A stretch of DNA of 25,814 bases from a virus (IMGVR_UViG_3300043416_000038:1-25814), one strand, 5' to 3'. Counted from the stretch's first letter, positions 16,744 to 23,305 are shown. Numbers and translations are program-made. Notes: generated from the sequence alone by a model not told the origin.

Positions 16744-19167
16744 ATGAGTCAAGACTTTTCATTACCTAACGTATATTTTCCAGACCAATTAGCAGATGAT
16801 ACTACTAAAATGAGTGAGGAATACGGTAGAAGTGTAGGACACGCAATTCAAGGGGAGTGGTTTAGAAAATCATCTCTTAATGGTTCTAGATTCTATACAA
16901 ATAGAGACCACTTTCACAAACTAAGATTATACGCAAGAGGAGAACAACCTGTTCAAAAGTATAAGAAAGAGATGAGTGTTAATGGAGATATATCTTATCT
17001 AAATTTAGATTGGACTCCAGTTCCTATTATACCTAAGTTTGTAGATATTGTTGTTAATGGAATGTCTACAAGACAGTATGAAGTAAAAGCTGAAGCTATT
17101 GATAGTATGTCTTCAGAAAAAAAAGGAGCTTACAAATTTGAATTAGAAAAAGCAGTAGCTGGTAAAGATATTTTAAAAGACGCTAAAGAGCTTTTAGGTA
17201 TAAATATGTATCCAATTCCAGAAGACCAAATGCCTGATACAAAACAGGAACTTGAACTTCATATGGAATTTTATAAAGATGAGATAGAAGTTGTTGAAGA
17301 GAAAGCTATTAATAATGTTTTAAAAATAAATAACTACGATTTAACAAAAAGAAGATTAGATGAAGATGCAACTGTATTAGGTGTATCTGCTGCTAAACAC
17401 TCTTTTGACACTCACAACGGTATAAAAATAGAATGGTGCGATCCAGCAAATATGGTTTGGTCTCCAACAGAAGACCCTACTTTTCAAGATTGTTACTACT
17501 TTGGAGAAGTTAAAAATGTAAATATTACGGAGTTAAAAAAGATAAATCCTAGTTTAACTCAAGAAGATATTAAAGAAATATCTAAACTAGCTTCTAAATG
17601 GGATGCTTATCAAAATATACAAGGTGGAAATTCACTTGGAGGAAACTTAAATAATAATAGTGCTACGTTATTATTCTTTGCTTTTAAAACAGATATGAAT
17701 GTTGTTTATAAGAAAAAGAAAAATGGTAATGGAGGAGATAAGATTATAAAAAGAGATGATTCTTTTCAAGGACCTAAAACAGGAGATGCTCAATTTGAAA
17801 AACTATCTAAAAGAATAGATGTTTGGTTTGAAGGAGTATTGGTTTTAGGAACTAACTACATATTAAAATGGGAGGTTATGAAGAATATGGTTAGACCTAA
17901 GTCTTCTATATCAAAAGTTTACCCTCCTTATGTATTATCAGCTCCTAGAATGTATAGAGGATCTATTGATTCATTAGTAAAGAGAATGATTCCTTTTGCT
18001 GACCAAATACAATTAACACACTTAAAATTACAACAAGTAGTATCTACTATGAAGCCAGATGGTGTTTATTTAGATATTGATGGTTTAAGTTCTATAAATT
18101 TAGGTAACGGAATGTCTTACACTCCGGAAGAAGCTTTGAATTTGTATTTCCAAACTGGTAGTGTTATTGGTAGAAGTATGACTGAAGATGGTGAATTTAA
18201 CAATGGTAAGATACCAGTTCAAGAGTTAACTGCTTCAGGAGCTAATGCTAAAATACAATCACTAGTTGGTATGTATAATCAATACTTAGGTATGATTAGA
18301 GCTGTAACTGGATTAAACGAGGCTAGGGATGGAAGTATGCCGGATGAGAATAGTCTTGTTGGTGTTCAAAAATTAGCAGCATTAAATTCAAATACAGCTA
18401 CAAAACATATTTTAGAAAGTGGTTTGTTTACAACTAGAAGACTTGCCGAATGTATTTGTTACAGAATGTCTGACGTATTGGAGTATTCCGATATGAAAGA
18501 AGATTTTGCTAATATGATTGGTGGAAGCTCTATGGATACTATAGAAAAAATTAAAGATTTACATTTATATAACTTTGGTATTTATATTGAGTTAATGCCT
18601 GATGAGGAAGAAACTCAAATTCTTAATCAAAATATACAAGCTGCATTGTCGGCTGGTAAAATTGATATTGATGATGCAATTGATATTAGAAATGTAAAAA
18701 ATGTAAAAATAGCTTCTCAATTATTAAAATTAAGAAAGAGAAAGAAAGAAGAGAAAGATCAAGAGCTTCAAAAACAAAATTACGAATCTCAGGCTCAATC
18801 TCAAGCTAAATTAGCTGAATCTACTTCTCAATCTAAAATGCAATTAATACAAGCTGAGTCTCAGTCTGATATTCAATTAGAACAATTGAAACACCAAAAT
18901 GAGATGGAAAAACTTAAGATGGAGTTTGAAATGAAAGCTGAGTTAATAAAACTTCAAGAAGGAATGAAAGCTGAAGTTAAACAAGGTGAGATGACAATGC
19001 TAAATCAAAAAGAGCAAGAAAGAGAAGATAGAAAAGATAAGAGAACAAAGTTGCAAGCGACTCAACAATCTAAAATGATTAAACAAAGATCTAAAGACGA
19101 AGATGCAATAGACTTTGAAGATGAAGATGATTTTGGTAGTATTGATGAGATATTTAATACTATTTAA
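16744..19167 (+). CDS. Portal protein
   Basis: 807 aa after terL. Contains PIIPKFVDIVVNG and IRAVTGLNEARDG motifs and a long Q/E/K coiled-coil C-terminal barrel, as in podovirus/crAss-like portals. Confidence 0.85.
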   Translation: MSQDFSLPNVYFPDQLADDTTKMSEEYGRSVGHAIQGEWFRKSSLNGSRFYTNRDHFHKLRLYARGEQPVQKYKKEMSVNGDISYLNLDWTPVPIIPKFVDIVVNGMSTRQYEVKAEAIDSMSSEKKGAYKFELEKAVAGKDILKDAKELLGINMYPIPEDQMPDTKQELELHMEFYKDEIEVVEEKAINNVLKINNYDLTKRRLDEDATVLGVSAAKHSFDTHNGIKIEWCDPANMVWSPTEDPTFQDCYYFGEVKNVNITELKKINPSLTQEDIKEISKLASKWDAYQNIQGGNSLGGNLNNNSATLLFFAFKTDMNVVYKKKKNGNGGDKIIKRDDSFQGPKTGDAQFEKLSKRIDVWFEGVLVLGTNYILKWEVMKNMVRPKSSISKVYPPYVLSAPRMYRGSIDSLVKRMIPFADQIQLTHLKLQQVVSTMKPDGVYLDIDGLSSINLGNGMSYTPEEALNLYFQTGSVIGRSMTEDGEFNNGKIPVQELTASGANAKIQSLVGMYNQYLGMIRAVTGLNEARDGSMPDENSLVGVQKLAALNSNTATKHILESGLFTTRRLAECICYRMSDVLEYSDMKEDFANMIGGSSMDTIEKIKDLHLYNFGIYIELMPDEEETQILNQNIQAALSAGKIDIDDAIDIRNVKNVKIASQLLKLRKRKKEEKDQELQKQNYESQAQSQAKLAESTSQSKMQLIQAESQSDIQLEQLKHQNEMEKLKMEFEMKAELIKLQEGMKAEVKQGEMTMLNQKEQEREDRKDKRTKLQATQQSKMIKQRSKDEDAIDFEDEDDFGSIDEIFNTI

Positions 19168-19174
19168 AAATTCA

Positions 19175-19182
19175 TAACTTTG
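19175..19182 (+). promoter_or_regulatory. Bacteroidota-type -7 promoter element (TAACTTTG-CA) for scaffold/capsid genes
   Basis: Intergenic TAnnTTTG upstream of the ATG at 19211. Confidence 0.75.
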
Positions 19183-19210
19183 CAAAAAATTTAATTTAAT
19201 ATTTAATATA

Positions 19211-20320
19211 ATGGAAGGATTTACTTTTAAAGTCTTAGATGACGATAGTGAAGTACAAAGTCAAGTTGAAGATACTCAAGTTGATGATACAATTGTAGAA
19301 GATGACTCACAAGTTGACGATACAAATAATGACGATTCACAAGGTGATGACTCACAAGTTGATGAAACATCAATTGAAGATACACAATCTGACGATGTTG
19401 AGCCACAAGATATTGATGATGCTAGGGTATTAAGTTACTTAAAAGAGAGATATCAAAAAGAGTATAACTCTTTAGATGAAGTTCTTACGCAAAAAGAAAA
19501 AGCTGAGTTACCAGAAGACATTAGGAAACTTATGGAATTTGGTGTTGATAATTATCTTAAGATAAATAGAGACTGGGATTCAGAGAATGATGCTACTATT
19601 CTTAAGGAATATTACAAACAAACAAAACCTCATCTTGATGATGAAGACATTGCATACTTATTAGAAGAAGAATACTCTTACGATGAAGATGTAGATGACG
19701 AAAGAGATATCAAAAAGAAAAAGGTTTTATTAAAAGAAGAATTGTTTAGAGCTAAAGGCTATTTGAATGATTTAAAGGAACAATATAAAGTTGATTTAGG
19801 GTCTAATTCAACTGAAGTTACTGAAGATTATAAAAAAGCTTTTAATTTCTATCAAGAATATACTGAGACTTCAAAAAAAGAAGCTGAAATTGCTCAACAA
19901 AAGTCAAATGTATTTTTAGATAAAACAAATAGATTGTTCAATAGTGAATTCAAAGGTTTTGAATTTAATCTAGGAGACAAGAAACAAGTTTTTAAACCTA
20001 GTGATGTACTAGAAACTAAAAATGCACAATCTGATATTAGTGGCGTTATTTCTAAACACCTAGATGAAAACGGGTATTTAAAAGACGAACACCAATATCA
20101 CAAGGCTTTGGCAATGTTTAGAGACCCAGATGGTTTTGCTAAGTTCTTTTACGAACAAGGTAAATCAGATGCTACTGATACTGTTATCAAAGACGCTAAG
20201 AACATTCAAATGTCTGTAAGAGATAACAAAGATGTAACTCCAAAAGGAGATGGTCCTAAAATGAGAGTTGTTTCTAGCGATGATTTTGAAGGTGGTATGA
20301 AAATTAGAAAAAGAAAATAA
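19211..20320 (+). CDS. Putative capsid scaffolding/assembly protein
   Basis: Lies between portal and MCP. Very acidic low-complexity N-terminus, helical core and basic C-terminal tip. Confidence 0.65.
   Translation: MEGFTFKVLDDDSEVQSQVEDTQVDDTIVEDDSQVDDTNNDDSQGDDSQVDETSIEDTQSDDVEPQDIDDARVLSYLKERYQKEYNSLDEVLTQKEKAELPEDIRKLMEFGVDNYLKINRDWDSENDATILKEYYKQTKPHLDDEDIAYLLEEEYSYDEDVDDERDIKKKKVLLKEELFRAKGYLNDLKEQYKVDLGSNSTEVTEDYKKAFNFYQEYTETSKKEAEIAQQKSNVFLDKTNRLFNSEFKGFEFNLGDKKQVFKPSDVLETKNAQSDISGVISKHLDENGYLKDEHQYHKALAMFRDPDGFAKFFYEQGKSDATDTVIKDAKNIQMSVRDNKDVTPKGDGPKMRVVSSDDFEGGMKIRKRK
19251..19400 (+). repeat. Degenerate (D/E)D(S/T)QV coding repeats
   Basis: EDTQVDD, DDSQVDD, DDSQGDD, DDSQVDE. 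The 17-mer GATGACTCACAAGTTGA occurs exactly at 19301 and 19346. Confidence 0.8.
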
Positions 20321-20342
20321 TAATTAAACACAAACACAAAAC

Positions 20343-21710
20343 ATGGCTCAAGCTGTAAATTTTTCAACTAATGCTATCACTGGTGGAGCTCAATTAACTC
20401 CAGCTCCAGTTAAAGCAACATTATCTACTAACTATGTAGGTACATTTGACTTTTTGTCACATGAATTACCAGACCTTTACGAAAAAGAATTCGAGAGATT
20501 TGGTAACCGTTCTATCGCATCTTTCTTACGTTTAGTAGGTGCTGAAATGCCTTCTACTTCTGATTTAATCAAATGGAGTGAGCAAGGTCGTCTTCACGTA
20601 TTTGGAACTGCTACTAAAGCAACTGCATCTACAATTACTTTCTCTGCGGCTCACAACGTACGTTTGAACCAAACTGTAGTTATTAATGATACTTCTAACG
20701 GAGTTACTATTAAAGCTTTAGTTACTGGTATTGATGTAGATGGTGTAACTGTAACTGTTGCTCCTTATAGCGCTGCTAACTTAGCTGCTTTGAGTACTAC
20801 TTCAGGAGCTTTGAAAGTATTCGTTTATGGTTCTGAGTTTAAAAAAGGAACTAACGGTATGTCTGGTTCTTTGGAAGCTAAATCTGACATCTTAGAAACT
20901 AACCCAATTATCATCAAAGATAAATACGAGGTTAATGGTTCTGATATGGCTCAAGTTGGTTGGATTGAGGTTACAACTGAAAATGGTGCTTCTGGATACT
21001 TATGGTATTTAAAATCTGAGCATGAAACTCGTTTACGTTTCGAAGATTACTTAGAAATGTCTATGGTTGAAGGTGAGCCTGCTGCTGTAGGTTCTGCTGT
21101 AGCTGCTGCTGGTTACAAAGGTACTAAAGGTTTGTTCTACGAAATCGCTAATAGAGGTAACGTTGGAACAGGTGCTATCACTGAAAGAGCTGACTTAGAA
21201 AACATCATCAAGGTGTTGGATAAAGAAGGTGCTATTCAAGAGAACGTATTGTTCGTTAACAGAAAAACATCTTTCGAGATTGACACTGTATTGGCTGCTC
21301 AAAATAACTTCGGTTCAAGTGGAGCTTCTTACGGTTTGTTTGACAACGAACAAGACATGGCATTGAATCTTGGTTTTAAAGGATTTAACTTAGGTTATGA
21401 TTTCTACAAAACTGACTGGAAATACCTTAACGATGCTACAACTAGAGGTTCTATCTCTGACATCGATGGTGTATTAGTTCCTGCTGGAACATTGACAGTT
21501 TACGACCAAGTTCTTGGTAAAAACGCTAAACGTCCGTTCTTACACACACGTTATAGAAAATCTGAAACAGAAGATAGAAAATACAAATCATGGATCGTAG
21601 GATCTGCTGGTGGTGCTTCTAACTCTGAATTAGATGCGATGCAAGTTAACTTCTTATCTGAAAGAGCTTTGGTTGTTTTAGGTGCTAACAACTTCATGTT
21701 GTTGAAATAG
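20343..21710 (+). CDS. Major capsid protein
   Basis: 455 aa after the scaffold, with strong high-expression codon bias. Motifs IKWSEQGRLH, PIIIKDKYEVNGSD and GTKGLF. Followed by a strong terminator. Confidence 0.85.
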   Translation: MAQAVNFSTNAITGGAQLTPAPVKATLSTNYVGTFDFLSHELPDLYEKEFERFGNRSIASFLRLVGAEMPSTSDLIKWSEQGRLHVFGTATKATASTITFSAAHNVRLNQTVVINDTSNGVTIKALVTGIDVDGVTVTVAPYSAANLAALSTTSGALKVFVYGSEFKKGTNGMSGSLEAKSDILETNPIIIKDKYEVNGSDMAQVGWIEVTTENGASGYLWYLKSEHETRLRFEDYLEMSMVEGEPAAVGSAVAAAGYKGTKGLFYEIANRGNVGTGAITERADLENIIKVLDKEGAIQENVLFVNRKTSFEIDTVLAAQNNFGSSGASYGLFDNEQDMALNLGFKGFNLGYDFYKTDWKYLNDATTRGSISDIDGVLVPAGTLTVYDQVLGKNAKRPFLHTRYRKSETEDRKYKSWIVGSAGGASNSELDAMQVNFLSERALVVLGANNFMLLK

Positions 21711-21739
21711 TAGTTAATAAGTTTCTTATTAATATCATT

Positions 21740-21766
21740 AAAGGTAGACTTCGGTTTACCTTTTTT
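21740..21766 (+). terminator. Intrinsic terminator after MCP
   Basis: AAAGGTAGAC-TTCG-GTTTACCTTTTTT, with a cUUCGg tetraloop and six Ts. Confidence 0.9.
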
Positions 21767-21770
21767 GTTT

Positions 21771-21778
21771 TATATTTG
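21771..21778 (+). promoter_or_regulatory. Bacteroidota-type -7 promoter element (TATATTTG-CA)
   Basis: TAnnTTTG immediately after the MCP terminator. No protein gene follows before the next terminator. Confidence 0.6.
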
Positions 21779-21782
21779 CATG

Positions 21783-21852
21783 TACGAATTTTGATTTTTT
21801 CTCTCATTTTTTTTAAACCACTAATTAGTTTATTCTTTTTAGTGGTTTTTTT
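21783..21852 (+). ncRNA. Candidate ~70-nt small RNA
   Basis: Bounded by the promoter at 21771 and the hairpin/U tract at 21815-21852. The 5' part is U-rich and single-stranded. Confidence 0.4.
21815..21852 (+). terminator. Intrinsic terminator
   Basis: AAACCACTAA (21815-24) pairs with TTAGTGGTTT (21839-48), followed by further Ts. Confidence 0.7.
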
Positions 21853-21880
21853 GTTTATATAAAAATAAGTTGTATATTTG
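21850..21880 (+). promoter_or_regulatory. Bacteroidota sigma-A-type promoter of the leader/tRNA operon
   Basis: TTTG (21850-53), a 19-nt spacer and TATATTTG (21873-80): the full -33/-7 consensus. Confidence 0.85.
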
Positions 21881-21884
21881 CACA

Positions 21885-21956
21885 ATGAAAAATACAAAAA
21901 ACAATAGTCTACGTCACCCGCAACAAGATAATCTCTTGGGTGGAACTAGTGTGTAG
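21885..21956 (+). CDS. Putative attenuator leader peptide MKNTKNNSLRHPQQDNLLGGTSV
   Basis: The ATG is 5 nt after the -7 element. Codons 9-14 are CTA CGT CAC CCG CAA CAA, cognate to all five downstream tRNAs, and overlap attenuator segments. Confidence 0.8.
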   Translation: MKNTKNNSLRHPQQDNLLGGTSV

Positions 21957-22011
21957 TATTGTTATATAAATACATTTAAACTAAAGCCATCCATATCGGG
22001 TGGCTTTTTTT
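21913..22011 (+). promoter_or_regulatory. Putative transcription attenuator with alternative 1:2, 2:3, 3:4 pairings
   Basis: Segment 1 CACCCG (21915-20), segment 2 TGGGTGG (21937-43), segment 3 GCCATCCA (21986-93), segment 4 GGGTGGC (21998-22004) plus T7. Confidence 0.75.
21983..22011 (+). terminator. Intrinsic terminator (attenuator 3:4) directly upstream of the tRNA genes
   Basis: AAAGCCATCC-atatc-GGGTGGCTTTTTTT, ending 4 nt before tRNA-Pro. Confidence 0.85.
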
Positions 22012-22015
22012 ATTT

Positions 22016-22088
22016 CGCGTAGTGACAAAATTGGTTACGTGCCCGCCTTGGAAGCGGGAGACTGTAGGTTCGAGTCCTGCCTATGCGA
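22016..22088 (+). tRNA. tRNA-Pro(UGG)
   Basis: Acceptor CGCGTAG/CTATGCG, C1-G72, A73. Anticodon arm CCCGC-CTTGGAA-GCGGG. T arm GTAGG-TTCGAGT-CCTGC. D stem is poorly paired. Confidence 0.85.
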
Positions 22089-22093
22089 CAAAA

Positions 22094-22165
22094 TACAGTA
22101 TGATGCAATGGTTAGCATACGAGACTTTGACTCTCGCTATCTAGGTTCGAGTCCTAGTGCTGTAA
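22094..22165 (+). tRNA. tRNA-Gln(UUG)
   Basis: Acceptor TACAGTA/TGCTGTA (U1-A72). D arm ATGC/GCAT. Anticodon arm CGAGA-CTTTGAC-TCTCG. T arm CTAGG-TTCGAGT-CCTAG. Confidence 0.95.
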
Positions 22166-22170
22166 CAAAT

Positions 22171-22244
22171 GGTGTTATTGCGCTTAATGGTAAGGCGGTT
22201 GGACTGTGAATCCAATTATATGAGTTCGAATCTCATATAACACC
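22171..22244 (+). tRNA. tRNA-His(GUG)
   Basis: Encoded G-1:C73. Acceptor GTGTTAT/ATAACAC. Anticodon arm TTGGA-CTGTGAA-TCCAA. T arm ATGAG-TTCGAAT-CTCAT. Confidence 0.95.
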
Positions 22245-22247
22245 CAA

Positions 22248-22319
22248 TTTAGTATAGTTTAATGGATAGAACAACAAGCTACGAACTTGTAAATGGGAGT
22301 TCGAATCTCTCTACTAAAA
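22248..22319 (+). tRNA. tRNA-Arg(ACG)
   Basis: Acceptor TTTAGTA/TACTAAA. D loop with A20. Anticodon arm ACAAG-CTACGAA-CTTGT. T arm GGGAG-TTCGAAT-CTCTC. Confidence 0.95.
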
Positions 22320-22324
22320 CAAAT

Positions 22325-22406
22325 ACCGAAATGACATAAAAACGAATTGGCAGAGTATCCAGTCTTAGAAACTGGGGTTTTATGGGTTCGAGTCCCATTT
22401 TCGGTA
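22325..22406 (+). tRNA. tRNA-Leu(UAG), atypical (short variable region, enlarged D region)
   Basis: Acceptor ACCGAAA/TTTCGGT, A73. Anticodon arm CCAGT-CTTAGAA-ACTGG. T arm ATGGG-TTCGAGT-CCCAT. Confidence 0.75.
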
Positions 22407-22423
22407 CAAATAAAATAAATTCG

Positions 22424-22431
22424 TACTTTTG
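22424..22431 (+). promoter_or_regulatory. Bacteroidota-type -7 promoter element (TACTTTTG-CA)
   Basis: TAnnTTTG between the tRNA array and the ATG at 22459. Confidence 0.75.
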
Positions 22432-22458
22432 CATCTTTAATTTTAATATAATTTAATT

Positions 22459-23235
22459 ATGGCAAGACCAGTTACAAAGAAGGAGCTTCCTTCTAAGAAA
22501 GAATTCGAATTTAAAGATAGAGTATATCTGTTAAAAGGGAATTCAACACCAATCTCTTATATGCTTCGTTCAAAGCATTCACCAAACAAACCATTATTGT
22601 ATTTTGACCAAGAGTTCAAAGTAAATCGTGCTTTAAGATGGAGTGATAATCAAACATCTCCTTTTATTGACGAGCAAGATGGATACGCTATAGCAACACC
22701 AATCATTTTTGAAAATGGTTCTTTGTACGTTAAGAAAGAACAAGTTGAGTTGCAGAAGTTTTTATCTATCTATCATCCAGATAACAACAATGCTTATTAC
22801 GAGTTTGACGCTGAAGAAAAAGCAGCTGAAGAGTATGATGAGTTAACAGCTAAGTTAGATGCTCAAAATACAGTAAGAGAAATGCCTATTGAAGACTTAG
22901 AAGCTATTGCTAGAGTATTATTGAAAGGCAAGGTAGAATTAATGACTTCTTCTGAATTAAGAAGAGATATGTTGATTTTTGCAAGTAAGAATCCACAAGA
23001 GTTTACATCTTTAGTTAATGATGATTCTATTAAGTTTAGAAACATTGCTATTAGAGCGGTTCAAATGGATATCATAAATGTAAGTTCTGATGGAAGAACT
23101 GTTAATTGGAGTGGTAAAGATGGTGGTAGAATAATCACTGTTCCATTTGGTGAGAATGCTTATTCTGCACTAGCCGCATTCTTTTTGACAGATGAAGGTA
23201 TGGATGTACTATCTGATATTTCAAACAAATTATAA
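22459..23235 (+). CDS. Conserved hypothetical phage protein in the structural region
   Basis: 258 aa, with its own promoter and terminator. No function recognised. Confidence 0.85.
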   Translation: MARPVTKKELPSKKEFEFKDRVYLLKGNSTPISYMLRSKHSPNKPLLYFDQEFKVNRALRWSDNQTSPFIDEQDGYAIATPIIFENGSLYVKKEQVELQKFLSIYHPDNNNAYYEFDAEEKAAEEYDELTAKLDAQNTVREMPIEDLEAIARVLLKGKVELMTSSELRRDMLIFASKNPQEFTSLVNDDSIKFRNIAIRAVQMDIINVSSDGRTVNWSGKDGGRIITVPFGENAYSALAAFFLTDEGMDVLSDISNKL

Positions 23236-23271
23236 AGCATAACGCACCCATATAGTTGTTTGACTATATGC

Positions 23272-23303
23272 AAAGCACTCTCGGAAGGGGGTGCTTTTTT
23301 TTT
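23272..23303 (+). terminator. Intrinsic terminator
   Basis: AAAGCACTCTC-GGAA-GGGGGTGC followed by T9; GNRA loop. Confidence 0.85.
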
Positions 23304-23305
23304 AT

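Noticed and set aside
19251-19400. CRISPR-like or regulatory repeat array
   Set aside because: The repeats are short, degenerate, in frame and explained by an acidic low-complexity protein segment.
21694-21897. 67-aa minus-strand ORF
   Set aside because: It runs antisense through terminators and promoters and is low complexity. No minus-strand promoter was seen.
21885-22011. T-box riboswitch upstream of the tRNAs
   Set aside because: No T-box consensus (TGGNACC) antiterminator bulge or long stem I is present. The leader-peptide model explains the sequence better.
22000-22209. 69-aa plus-strand ORF in the track
   Set aside because: It overlaps the terminator and three well-formed tRNA genes, so it is a chance open frame.
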